Shown here piece after piece: positions 17,735-32,277 of a stretch of 64,000 nt of DNA (position 1 is its first letter; every line of letters begins with the position of its first letter). A program made the position numbers and the translations under genes. Source of the stretch: the human T2T-CHM13v2.0 reference genome, Homo sapiens; assembly GCF_009914755.1 (NCBI RefSeq), contig NC_060925.1; one strand, given 5' to 3'. A model generated the notes under the pieces. The model had not been told where the DNA came from, made no database searches, and worked only from the letters and a program-made list of their open reading frames with translations.

Positions 17735-17825
17735 TCAGTTCCATTCTAAGATGCTAAATGTTTAGTTTTATTTAATAACCAAAAGTCATTTTAAAAGCTA
17801 CAAAGTCAACATCAGAAAATATTCT

Positions 17826-18126
17826 GCCAGGCATGGTGGCTCACTCCTATAATCCCAGCACTCCGGAGGCCAAGGCAGTTGGATCACTTGAGGTCAAGAG
17901 TTTGAAATCAGCCTGGCCAACATGGTGAAACCCCGCCTCTACTAAATATACAAAAATTAGCCATGCATGGTGGTGGGTGCCTGTAATCTTAGCTACTTGG
18001 GAGGCTGGGGCAGGAGAATTGCTTGAACCTGGGAGGTGGAGGTTGCAGTAAGCTGAGGTCGCACCAACTGCACTCCAGCCTGGGCAACAGGGCGAGACCC
18101 CATCTCAAAAAAATAATAATAATAAA
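17826..18126 (+). mobile_element. AluS
   Basis: Full Alu dimer, (AAT)n tail. Confidence 0.93.
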
Positions 18127-18262
18127 TATTAAAATTTCCATCTATAATTTCCATAATCTATAGAATATCATAAAAACAAAATTTAATTTTTTGAACAGAT
18201 ATGAAACTCAGAGGTACCAGAAGTATACAGTCCACTTATATCCCCAAATACCAATTCACTTC

Positions 18263-18566
<304 letters not shown>

Positions 18567-20139
18567 TAGGCGTGTGCTGCTGTGCCTGACCTTACTAAAT
18601 TTCATATACATATATTTCAGGCCTCCCCTTTGCCTGAAAACTGTCAAAAAATGCATTCGTCCTTAAGACGTGTCCTAGGAAAGGAAATTCTTTGAGTGAG
18701 TTCATACGCAAGCCATTCACTGGCTTTATAGGAATTAAAGTGATCAAACAAATCCTTGGACTATTTTTTAAACTCCCCTCCCACCTCCTAGACCATTATA
18801 AAAGATCAGAACACCTATCTCATAGTCATGAATGAATCCATGATTCAGTATACAAAATGTTTTCACTACATTACAAAATTTGCTTAAGTTTTGCCTGACT
18901 CCACCAAAACACGATCAAAGGGCAAACTGTATGGCACATAAATTGAAATTTAAGTTTTAAAACAGCTTCTTTTTAAACTCCCATGCAATATACATGGGAG
19001 TATAAATTACTACACAGTAATCCAGAGGACAATTTTGCAATAGATATGCAATTTTTTTAAAGGATTCTAATTTATTGTAAGGAAATGGCTGATCAATCCT
19101 TTCCATCCTTGCTACCAATGATGTTTTCCTTCCTATAACTTAAATCATCTATTTTCAATGTCACACTTTAGATCCTGTCATCAGCAACTGTAGATTCTTT
19201 GTATTTTTGATTTCAAGCTTACCACACTTAGACCACCACCTCCTAGCTTTCCATCTCAATTACTCCAGAAACTCCCTGCAGTAATTTCACAATTTCGAGT
19301 TTAAACTAATTAATCCTACTATTTTTTCCACTATTTATCAAGTACCTCTTGGGATCACTTCCCTTTCCATCCAGCTTAGCTTTGTGTTCCATCATCATCA
19401 CTTTCTTGCAAATATCCACAACCTCCCTACACTCGTTTCCCCCTACACACATACTCCTCTGGCTAAATCTTAATCTTGGTTGACCTAAACTTTCTGCATT
19501 CTCTGCTCTTGAAGCAAAATAGCTGATCATTGCTAAGAAAAACAATACCTCTGGGTTTCAAAGTAAGAACCACAAACAAATGGACATAAAGCTTGGTCCA
19601 AAATCCTTCTGACCTCCTCAACCCTTCCTTCCCATCCTCGATCCTTTGAAATCTATTTGTTGAAGCAACAAGGCTGTTTGAGACTAATTTCCCACAGTCT
19701 ACAGCTGACCACATTCCTATAGTATTATTTAAAGTGTTTTTCTGCCCTTTATATTGCTACACATTGGTACTGAATTTAGGGGGCTTTTATCTTTCGAGTC
19801 ACTGATTTTAGCACTATTTTTCATTAACTTAAGGTGGTATGGCTTATTTACATCTCTCTTTCTCGCCCTATATCCTTCCAAAATATTTGTATCTCAACGT
19901 TTTATTAAATTCACTGTTTTTATTATTAGGAATGATATAAGCATTACTCACTGCTGAGACATGCTACTTACTGTAATTACATTTCCTTGGCTGTGCATTC
20001 TTTTTTTTCTGGAGTTATTATTACCTTGTCATTTAGAATTTTCCCTGAGCGTCTGAGGCCTTCCCACACTTTGAAAGACATCAAAGTCCCTCTCAATATA
20101 AGTTTCCATAAAGTCAAACTCATTGGATAATTTTCTAGG

Positions 20140-21765
20140 CCTAGTAGAGTGACTAATGAAGGCCTCTTTGACAATGTGATATATAAGGAGACCTGAGTGA
20201 AGAGAGGGAGAAAGCCATGTGACTAGCTAAAGTTTTCCAGGCAGAGGGAGCAGTAATTCTAAATGCTCTAGAGTAGGAATATGCTTGCTGTGTCTGAGGA
20301 ACACAAAGGAGATCTACATGATGAAACACAATGAACAGGGAGGGGAACCCTACAGGAGACAGTGTCAGAGGTACCATAAGCCAGATAAAGTTGGGCCTTG
20401 TATGTCACGGTAAGGAGCAACCAGAAGAAGAAAGATGATGTAGAAAAAAAAAGGAGGAGCAAGTTTGACAGGAGGAAATTACTCGATTTTGGATATGTTA
20501 AGTTTGACATCTAGGTAGAAATTATTCAGTAGGGAGCTGGAGAAATGAGTATGAGGCTTCAGCAAGAGGTCAGGACTCCATAAAAATGGAGATACTGGGA
20601 ATCTATTTCTTATGCTCCTTGTTTGTGATTTTAGACAGCAGGGGGTGAAAATATTTATTCTTAAGACTATATTAATTTGGCTTTCATCCTCACCATTCTA
20701 CTGTAACTTTCATATCAAAAGTCAGTAAGTAAATAACTCCATGTTGTCAAATCCAATGGACCTTCTTCTTTTCTTGAACTCTACGAAACATTCCACAGTA
20801 AACCACTCCCTCTCAAATTTATATGTACATTCCCAGCTTCCTCCCTGAACTTCTGACTCTCATGTCCAATTCGTATACTTGATACCTCTACTTGAATGTT
20901 TAACTGTGTCAGAAGTTAACCTGTAAAAACGTAACTCTTTATTTGACTACCTTAAATCTCTTCCTCTCCTCCTCCTTATTCTCATTTCAGTAAACAGTCT
21001 CATCATCCAGCCCGTTGCTCAAACTTAAAAATTAAGAAACCCTTAATTCTTTCCTTCCTCTTGTTTCTCAAAACCATCCCTGAGCAAGTACAAAAGGTAT
21101 CTCAAATCTGTCTACTTCCTTCCAACTCCACTGCCTCCACCATAAAGCCATCATTCTCTCTTGGGTGAATTATTGCAATAACTGGTCTCCTTGCTTTCTT
21201 CTACAAGCATCTCTCTACCCAGCAAACAGGGAGATATGTTTAAATGTAATCCCCTACTTAGAATCCATCAGTGACATCCACTGCATTTAGAATAAAATCG
21301 GATCTCCTTATCCCTACGTGATCTAACCCCAGTCTGCATCTCCAACCTAACCTTGTCCTGTTTTCCCCTCACTCTTTACAGTCAAGTCACACCAACCCCC
21401 TTTCTGTTTCTTGAACACTCTGAGGTCTTCAAGGCTCCCAGGCCTATATCCCTGATGCTCCTCTACCTAGAATGCTCTTCCTACACCTCTTTCCATAGCT
21501 GGCTCCTTCTCATCCTTCAAGTCTCAGTCTGAATGTCATGTCCTTGGAGAGGCCTTTCCTCACTAGTCTACCTAAAGCACCCTCTTCCTTTACTCTCTAC
21601 CATAACCTACTTATTTTCTTCATGATGCCCACTAAGAGTTTGATATTCATTTAGTTTATTGTTTGTCTCCCCATCACCAAAACGTAAGCTTTATCAGGGT
21701 GGGGTCCTATCTTGTATTTCTAGCACAAATATTAATAGGTACTCATTTATTTGTTGAATAAATTA
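20140..21765. mobile_element. L2 fragments in both orientations
   Basis: GAGACCTGAGTGAAGAGAGGGAG..., CATTTAGAATAAAATC, CTAGAATGCTCTTC, terminal ATTTGTTGAATAAAT are L2 motifs. Confidence 0.7.
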
Positions 21766-21812
21766 ACCAGACCTCTACATAAAGATGTACATACAATAAC
21801 GTTTATTGTACC

Positions 21813-21894
21813 TTTTTTCATTTTGTAGGCTGGGGATAAATGAATAGAATAATAGTTTCTATCCAATCATTTTCCCTAGCCAGTTTCAATGTTC
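21813..21894 (-). ncRNA. MIR664A: pre-miR-664a, snoRNA-derived (5p arm 21861-21884, 3p arm 21824-21846)
   Basis: Minus strand contains UAUUCAUUUAUCCCCAGCCUACA (miR-664a-3p) and ACUGGCUAGGGAAAAUGAUUGGAU (5p), which form the 3' hairpin of SNORA36B. Confidence 0.93.
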
Positions 21895-21951
21895 CAAAGT
21901 TTAATTAACAGAGCAGGGAAGCTACCCTGAACTGAACTTAACACTTTGGAA
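21821..21951 (-). ncRNA. SNORA36B: H/ACA box snoRNA SNORA36B (ACA36B) in RAB3GAP2 intron 9
   Basis: 131 nt. Minus strand reads TTCCAAAGTGTTAAGTTCAG...CTTTGGAA (5' hairpin closed by TTCCAAAG/CTTTGGAA), then a second hairpin and an ACA box 3 nt from the end; matches the recalled SNORA36 family sequence. Confidence 0.95.
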
Positions 21952-22492
21952 TTTTGCAGCATTTTTATGCTAGCAAAAAAGTAGACACACTGAAATGTTT
22001 ACCAATAGGTTTTTATTACAGAGTATTCCATGTAAGAGCTATGCAGTAAATAGAAAGATGGCCTGTGTGTCAGATATCCTTAGCCTCTTTAGAGTCACTC
22101 TCCTTCCTCTTCTCCTTGCTCTTTCTCTCCCAGTGTCCAGTTTGCATAGAATGAGTAGAACTTGACCAAGTGAACAAACACAGAGGAGGCATTCTAGCCC
22201 ACATGCACATAGATCTAGGGATAAAAGTGTATGGTGTGCTGGAGAAACAATAAGTGTGTCCTCCTCTGCTCCCACTACAGCTGGTCCCCTTGTCTGTTAC
22301 AATTACTATGTTGTAGTATTGTAGCCATTCTCATGTGTTTCTTCTAACCAGGCTCCTAGACTCACACTTTCAGACAACAGAGAAGCATGTCTTTACATCT
22401 CTATACCCTCAGTACCTAACACAGTAAGCTCTCTTATAGTGGCTGCAAGAAGAAATCTGCTTTTATCTATATTTTACTAGTTTAAAGGTTAC

Positions 22493-22620
22493 TTTTTTTT
22501 TTAAGCGATGGGGTCTCGCTATATTGCCCAGGTTGGTCTTGAACTCTTGGGCTCAAGAGATCCTCCTACCTCAGCCTTCTGAGTAGCTGAGATTACAGGT
22601 GCAAGCCACCACACTTGACC
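22493..22620 (-). mobile_element. FLAM Alu monomer
   Basis: Monomer length; TSD AAGGTTAC. Confidence 0.85.
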
Positions 22621-22742
22621 AAGGTTACATTTTTAAGACTGATTTATATGGTCATTATATAGACCAAATTTGTCTGTAGAAAAATTAGTCAAACAGTGAG
22701 TGACTTAAAACTGTACAATACTGTGGCTGAGGGCATAATTAA

Positions 22743-23075
<333 letters not shown>

Positions 23076-23150
23076 TAAAGATATATGCCTATGATGATCT
23101 GAATCTGAACTAACTTCCAGATGTCTCACTAAAGGCAATGCATTTTTTCA

Positions 23151-23495
<345 letters not shown>

Positions 23496-23539
23496 TCAAT
23501 AAAAAGTGTAAGAAGTAAATTCCAAGAGAATTTGAATTA

Positions 23540-23701
<162 letters not shown>

Positions 23702-23835
23702 TTACAAAAAAACATTAAAACCATACTAATTTGTTATTCTAAAATTTCAGCTAATAATGACACAAAGTAATGAAAACAAGGCATAAGGTGAGATTTATTC
23801 ACACCAAGACAATGCACGTAAAATGCAAACATTTA

Positions 23836-24315
<480 letters not shown>

Positions 24316-24867
24316 CTAGGGATAGGAATCAGTGCTTTACTGATAGAAAAACTAAAAACCTGATATACTTGGCAGAGCACACACACAGCAAGGTCTCTAA
24401 CCTAGGTAACTGAGGCCAGACTTGATAGAAAGATATGTAAAAAGCAACAGCACTGTCAAAAAAATGAATGAAATGCCAATCTTTAACCTCAGTCCCTTCA
24501 CCTAGTGAGTAAGAAAAGGAAAAGCAACAGTTACATCTCTTGCCATAGATTCATGTACATCCCATGAAATCAGTAAACTCCCATGCTACATATTAGAATA
24601 TTGCTGAGTTCTGGCTGTTTATTCAGGAAAGTGAAAAATAATAATAAAGAAAAAATATAACCTCTAAATATTGCAGATTGACAGTACGGCCAAGAAAAGA
24701 TAATTTTCTTATATGCTGAAATAAACATCACAATTTATGGCTAAGTAACCAGAACTCTTTTTATAGCAACTTACAACCCAAGGGCACTAAGTGGCTTAAT
24801 TCCTTACTTCCCAGGAGACAAATGGCTTTATGGTCTTATATACAACAAACAAACAGAAATTCAAAAA

Positions 24868-26373
24868 TGGTGAAAAATTAAATTGCTGATGATACCAATT
24901 ATAAAATTATTGTCTATTTCTAGTTTATTAATAAACTTCTTACCCACAGGAAATTGCCTTTTGGCATATATATTAATGGTGAGTATTTTAAATGTTCTCA
25001 AGATAGTGAAGCTTATGGTGGGTTAAATTTAAATAATTTAAAAGATTATGAAAATAGGTATAAAAATTTAAACTAATTGTAAAAAAAGAACCACATAGCC
25101 AAGACTTCCTTATTTTACCAATCATATCAACCTGCTAACAAAGACAGAAAAAAATTTTTATTGCAATATAAGATGCTGCATTTAGACTAGATTTAGAAAT
25201 AATTTCAGATCCCAATTTTACAGTTGTTAAAATATGGAAAAGAAAAGTCTTATAATCAGTGAAAATATGAGTAGTGGCGCTGACTTCCCCTTTTCTTCTG
25301 GGATTGAGTAGAGGAGACTTAGTGGCCCCAAAACAAAGTTTAACTCCTAAATGGTTGAGACGGCTTCCTGAAAACATAGGCTAATTAGGATATGTTTACT
25401 GCTTCATAAAATTGTTTCTAAACCTAGTCTAAATCCAGCATCTCATATTGCAATCAAAAATTTTTCTCTGTCTTTTTTAGCAGGTTGGTATGATTGGCAA
25501 AAATTCTGATGTCTTGGCTATGTGGTTCTTTTCTAGTAAATGCTTTTTTACTAGGTCAGAATTTGTTTAAATTTTTATACCTATTTTCAGAATCTTTTAA
25601 ATTATTTAAATTTAGCCAACCATAAGCTTCATTATCTTGAGAACATTTAAAATACTCATCATTAATCTATATATCAAAAGGCAATTTTCCGTAGGTAAGA
25701 AGTCCATTAATTTAATAAACTAGAAATAGACAATTATTTTATATTCGGTATTATCAGCCATTTAATTTTTCACCAAAGTTAAACTTTGTTTTGGGGCCAT
25801 TAAGGCTCCTCTACTCAATCCCAAAAGAAAAGGGGAAGTTAGTGCTACTAATATTTTCACTGATTTTTTTTTATTATATTTTAAGTTTTAGGGTACATGT
25901 GCACAATGTGCAGGATTGTTACATATGTATACATGTGCCATATTGGTGCGCTGCACCCATTAACCTAATCATTTAGCATTAGGTATATCTCCTAATGCTA
26001 TCCCTCCCCCCTCCCCCCACCCCACAACAGTCCCCGGAGTGTGATGTTCCCCTTCCTGTGTCCATGTGTTCTCATTGTTCAATTCCCACCTATGAGTGAG
26101 AACATGCAGTGTTTGGTTTTTTGTCCTTGCGATAGTTTGCTGAGAATGGTTTCCAGTTTCATTCATGTCCCTACAAAGGACATGAACTCATCATTTTTTA
26201 TGGCTGCATAGTATTCCATGGTGTATATGTGCCATATTTTCTTAATCCAGTCTATCATTGTTGTCTATTGTTGTTGGACATTTGGGTTGGTTCCAAGTCT
26301 TTGCTATTGTATTTTCACTGATTTTAAGACTCTTCCATATTTTCACAACTCTGAAATTGAGATCTGAAAATTG
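24868..26373. repeat. Local inverted, circularly permuted duplication: copy at 24868-25345, source at 25408-26373 (source carries a later L1 insertion)
   Basis: 24868-25205 is the reverse complement of 25408-25775; 25200-25345 is the reverse complement of 25777-25865 plus 26326-26373; about 88-90% identity by eye. Confidence 0.92.
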
Positions 26374-26469
26374 ATGGTGTGTCTTTCACTGGCAACAGTT
26401 TTTCTTCTTAGTGGTACATAAAACAATAGTGTATCTTACAATCAATGGCATGTTGAATTTGATGAAATA
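25851..26469. mobile_element. MER104-like (TcMar-Tc2) non-autonomous DNA transposon, split by the L1PA
   Basis: TATTTTCACTGATTTTAAGAC...TTCTTAGTGGTACATAAAACAATAGTGTATCTTACAATCAATGGC...GATGAAATA with inverted termini; family assignment from memory. Confidence 0.7.
25864..26309 (-). mobile_element. 5'-truncated L1PA 3' end
   Basis: Canonical L1PA 3'UTR (TTAAGTTTTAGGGTACATGTGCACAATGTGCAGG...); TSD TATTTTCACTGATTTT at 25852 and 26310. Confidence 0.93.
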
Positions 26470-27158
26470 TCTCTTCCAAAAGATGTAACAACATCAGAAT
26501 GTAAACTATAGGTAGTAAAAGTAAGAATTCTTGATTATTTGGGCAGTTTTCATCCCTAAGTCACAAAATGTCATTGCCCATATATATATTAAGTTTAGGC
26601 CTCTACCTTTTCTCCATTCTGAGTGTTCTGAGTTAGCAAAAAGCAGCTCATGTTGACTCCCTGCTGGGTCCTGCCTACAGTGATATCTGTAGGATCTTGC
26701 ATCTCCCTTGCACACAGTCATAGCTTTATTCTCAGGGAGGATGGAAGCAATGTAGAGTCATCAGATTTTAGGATGCTGGCCTTGATCAGCTGCTGATCTA
26801 GTGAAAATCTGGTACCTCAGCCACATGCAACTAAATTCTTTACCCCATTGTTGGTTGTCAATACTAGGGTTGGTTGTCAATGTTGGTTGCAAATCTAGCT
26901 AGCCAAGACATACTGCTGAATTCGTGAAGAAAGCCCGGTGTTCCTGTGCTGACCACACTCTCCAAAGGCAACGTGTGAAGAGTGTTTATGTTTTAGCTCA
27001 TCTCTACCTTACTAAGCAATCTACTCAACATGCTCCCCTTTCTCTACAGAAGGCAGGTTTTTCCCATAAATCTAGTTCAGAAGGCCTTTTTTATTTAGAA
27101 GACATACTTAATTCCATAAGCAGGTGAAATTAAATAAAACAAACATTAACAGAGGTTA

Positions 27159-27281
<123 letters not shown>

Positions 27282-28904
27282 CTATTTAAGAAATAAAAAA
27301 AAAAAGTTCTTGAATAGATAAATAAGCTTATCTACTTTTTATTATACTGAATTTCACGAATAATGTAACATAACCACCCAACACCCAAAGCAATATCAGG
27401 CAGAAGAACAGTAAAAATAGATAAAAAATTAATTTGAGAGTGCCTTTTTGCCAAAGACCTAAAATTCTTTTCAAATATAACCTTTTGTGTATGGTGAATA
27501 ATTATCTCAAAGATGCTGAGAGTAAATAAAGAATTACAATTTCATAAAAAGTAAATATACTCATTGCACAGATACAAACAGTATGTAAAAACAGAAGAAA
27601 ACTCACCTGAAATCCCAGACACGTCTCAATACACATCCCCAAATATATTCATACACATTTGCATAAGGCTATAGCACATATAGTATCCTAACATGTTTTT
27701 TACTACTCAATAGTATGTCAATGATATTTTTCCATTTCAATAAGTGAACAAATCATTTTTTGTTGTGGCTGCACAGTCTTTCATTATATGTACCCGATTT
27801 TACTTAACCAGTTCATATTGACGGACATTCAGTTTGGCCTCCTGCTTCCACTCTTGCTCTCTACAATCCATGCTCCACACAGCCAGTGTGCTCTTGGTGA
27901 GACATAGCAGATCAAACCAATCTCCTGATTAAAACTCTTCAATGACTCTCTTCTGCATTTAGAATAAAACCTGAACTCATTAACCATGGCTGCAACATCT
28001 GGCAAATATGAGAGGTCATCATTACCCTCAGACCTTTGCATGTGCTTGGATCTTCTCCTCTCAGATCTTCACCTGCCTAATTGTTCCTGTCATTCAGGTT
28101 TCAGTTCAAATGTTAGTTACCCAGAGAGGCTGCTCCTGAACCTCCATCTCAAACAACATACATATTCTCTTGGCACATTACTATCTTATCAACATGACTT
28201 CCTTAACAGCACCTATCAGAGATTGGAATCACCTTGATATCTCTAGCTGCTTACTGTTGGTTTCCCTCTACCATCCCCAAACTGTAAGCCCCATGAAAGC
28301 AGGAACCTTGTATGCCTGTTACACCAATGAATCCTCAGGGATTAGAAATGAACTGGGCAAATAATAGGCAGTAAAGAATATTTATGAATTAACATATTTT
28401 CATCATTATAAACATCACTGCAATAAACATTCTTCTGTCTATATCTTTTCATGTTAGTAAGATATTACTTTAGTGTAAATTCCTTCAAGTGGGTCTGTTG
28501 GGTCATACAGTATTCACAATTTTCATTCTCATATATATTAAGTTGCCTCAAAGAGTACCTATCAACTTATATTTCCACCAACAATACATGAGAGTGACTG
28601 TTTCTCTATATTGTCATCAAAAGTTTGTTAATCTTTATCTTTGCCAATCCAAAAGGTGAAAAGTTATCTCATTATATTTTCTTATAGTTCTTAGATTGTT
28701 ATTAAGGCTCAAAATTTTCTTATATGCTTTTGGGCCAATTTCTTCTCTTGACATCTGCTTTGCTCCTTTTTCTACTGGACTGTCAGGCTGTTTCTCTTTT
28801 TAAAGAAGACTTCAGGGCCACAGGGGCATAAACCAGTGGGGAAGGGACATGGCATGTGTTCTCACATGACAAGTTCACAAGACTAAGCATGCATGGCCCA
28901 GTGA

Positions 28905-29558
28905 TCACAGCAGCAGGGAGAGAGCCTCCTCACTGACTTTGGGGAGCTAGAAAACAGAAAAGACCTAATCACTAGCAAGTTAGTTTCTCCAAAACCAGGT
29001 AGTCTTCCTGAAGAAAACACTAATACAAACACCATTGGCCCCAAATCTGTAGACACTGTGCTAGATGACAGAGAAGATCTTTTTACAGAAGCTATTATAC
29101 AAAAGAAATTTCTTTGAAATTCCAGGAGATTTTTCCTCTCTTTCGAATCCTCTCCTGAAACGAATGACCTGCTGTCACCCGTACTACACTCATTGCTCCT
29201 AGAGCTGAATTAGAGGAAATGTGCTTCTGTGATCTCTGACAAATCTGGGAGTATATTAAAAAGAAGCAAATAGAAGATATTTTTGATATATAAATTGACG
29301 TGTCAGATCCAGAGCTGTTTAACGTAGCATACAGAGTAACAACAAAGACTTCCTTCTTGATAAAAATTTTGAGATGATTTTCTTGCTTTGTACAGCAAAT
29401 AGCAAGGAAATATTTAAATGTTAGTTATATTTTTCCACCAGTTCTAAAAAAGAGTATTACAGACATGACCAAATTTAACGTATTTTAAAAAGCTTCGTCA
29501 TCCAGTCAATTTTTAGAAAAATGAAAAACATCTCTGGAAAGTTATTTTCAGTTCACAG
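28905..29558 (+). pseudogene. SNX2P1: SNX2 processed pseudogene (N-terminus and PX domain only), antisense in intron 7
   Basis: Intronless, decayed peptides VLDDREDLFTEA, TTLIAPR, DIFDI*IDVSDPE, AYRVTTKTS and KYLNVSYIFPPVLKKSITDMTK are colinear with SNX2; stops, frameshifts and deletions present. Confidence 0.88.
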
Positions 29559-29938
29559 ATTATCTTCTTTGATTTCCAGCTGTTCCTTGTTTCCTTTAAT
29601 AGTTCAATTTCTCCTATCTCCTTACGATGAGTATTATTAGTTACTAAGACTTAAGTCTTCAGCCTGCAGTTTTATTTTCCTACACTCTTTACTTGAAAGA
29701 ATTCATTCATTATCTATGACTTCAACCATCGTGTCCAATCTAGTCTCTGTGCCTATACAACAGTTTTGTATCATTACATGATATCAGTAACTTGATTTTA
29801 TTTCCTACCATCGCCTCAAACTCAACATGTGCAAAACCTCATTTAATAACATTTACTGCCAATGTAGTCCCCTATTCCAACTTTGACAATGGCATTCCTC
29901 AGGATAAGTATCTTAGAGACATCTTTAGCTCATTTTAA

Positions 29939-30379
<441 letters not shown>

Positions 30380-31656
30380 TGACTTAAAAAACCAGATAAC
30401 TAGCCTCCCTAATTCCAGTTTATCCTGAAGAAAGAAATCTTCAATATTCCTTTGATTATTTCACTTCCTTCTCATAAATCTTTAGGAGTTTCTCTCATTT
30501 CCTGAATCAACTCTCATTTTTCACTTGGCTTTTGAATTTATGCAAAATTTGGCCACTCTGCTTATTTGACAGTTTCTCATTACTTTATAACATAAGTTTC
30601 TTTGTTGTTGCATATATAGTTCTACATTCGAATCTTCTCTCAAATCTTCTCCTGATTACCTGAAACACTTTCCCCTCTTTTCTATTACCTAATTAAATTC
30701 TATACCCATTATTCAAGGTTTAATGCAAATCTCGCCTCATCAATGAAATTTTCTTATTTTCCTGGTCCAAATTGAACTCCTCTTTCTCTAAGCTTGTACA
30801 GACTGTATTCTGTCCAAATAAATTACCAATAAATTAGGTATTGCTTTATATTACTGATTAATTCATCCATAGATATTATTAGATTTTAATCCTAGTCTCT
30901 CCTACGAGATAGTTAAGATTCTTTCACAGCTCCAGTCCATCTCCCATGCAAATTAAATTAACAAATGCATACAGTATATACATCTGTTCACTTGAAATCT
31001 TTTGGAGGCCAAGTAGTACAACAAAGGGAAGGCATATTACATAGTTTTGACTATGCACTCCGCAAAACAAATAAAAGCATATTGGTTTAAATGGCCCTAC
31101 AATTATTTTTTGACTAAGACAACCAAAATGTTACAAGGCACCTAAGAAGTTAGAGCCTTGGATACTAAACAGCATTATTTTCTCAGTTGAAATCTTCAAT
31201 GAATATATGTATTTTCCACTATGAACAAAAGCTTAGTAACCCCTTTTCTGAGAAACAGTTAAGTACAAGGTAGTATCACTAGTAACAAGGCCAAATTTTT
31301 TTTCTTTTACTCTGGGTAATTTTGGCACCTAAATCCAAATAAAACAAGATATAAGGTTATAAAATATCATATTTTTGCCTTCCCATTATTAAATTCTAAA
31401 AATAAGAAATTTTCTTGGCTTCTAACTAAAGGGTTTTACTTTGTTGTAGAATGAAACATATAATATTTCATTAAATAAGTAAAAGCAAGACTGGTATTCT
31501 TTACTCAGCTACAAATAGATTATATTTCTAGACTATGATAGCAGAGCTAACTAACTGTGCCACAAGACAAAGATCTCTTTTAAGTTTCTACCTAAAAAAG
31601 AGGAGAGAAACTGCTTCAAAATAATGCCACTGTTACTGTTGGAACACAATTTTTTA

Positions 31657-31764
<108 letters not shown>

Positions 31765-32069
31765 CTAGGAGGAAGCACAGAGAAGGGCCCTGCTTGTTTT
31801 CTTACCAATATACCTTAGCAGGTATGGCCAGGCAAAGAGTACCATTTCCCCAACAGTTTTCCAGAGATACCAGGTACACTCTTTTCAGAATACAGCTCCT
31901 CTTCTCTGTATCTTCTACCAGAACTTGCCACGGCCTATCCCGGCCTCTACCCCCATAAAGAATCAACTACACATTTTCAGGCAGCAGGTAATAAAGTCAC
32001 AAACAGTATAAAGGTGATGCATAACCAGATATTGCAGTCAACTAGTGTTTTCCAGCTGTTGAAAACTCA

Positions 32070-32183
<114 letters not shown>

Positions 32184-32229
32184 TCATAAATCAAAGCAAA
32201 GAAAACAGATGACTCTTATTTATCCTTAC

Positions 32230-32277
32230 CTCTTTTGGCTTGCTAGTGGGATACATAGAGCACTGGTTACACATTCC
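32230..32277 (-). CDS. RAB3GAP2: RAB3GAP2 exon 5 (48 bp): ECVTSALCIPLASQK(R)
   Basis: TTTTAG|G acceptor, GAG|GTAAGG donor; followed by a 78-nt intron. Confidence 0.95.

Noticed and set aside
22095-22135. Strong-looking + strand polypyrimidine tract and CAG acceptor (antisense exon?)
   Set aside because: No matching donor or other support visible; pyrimidine tracts like this are common
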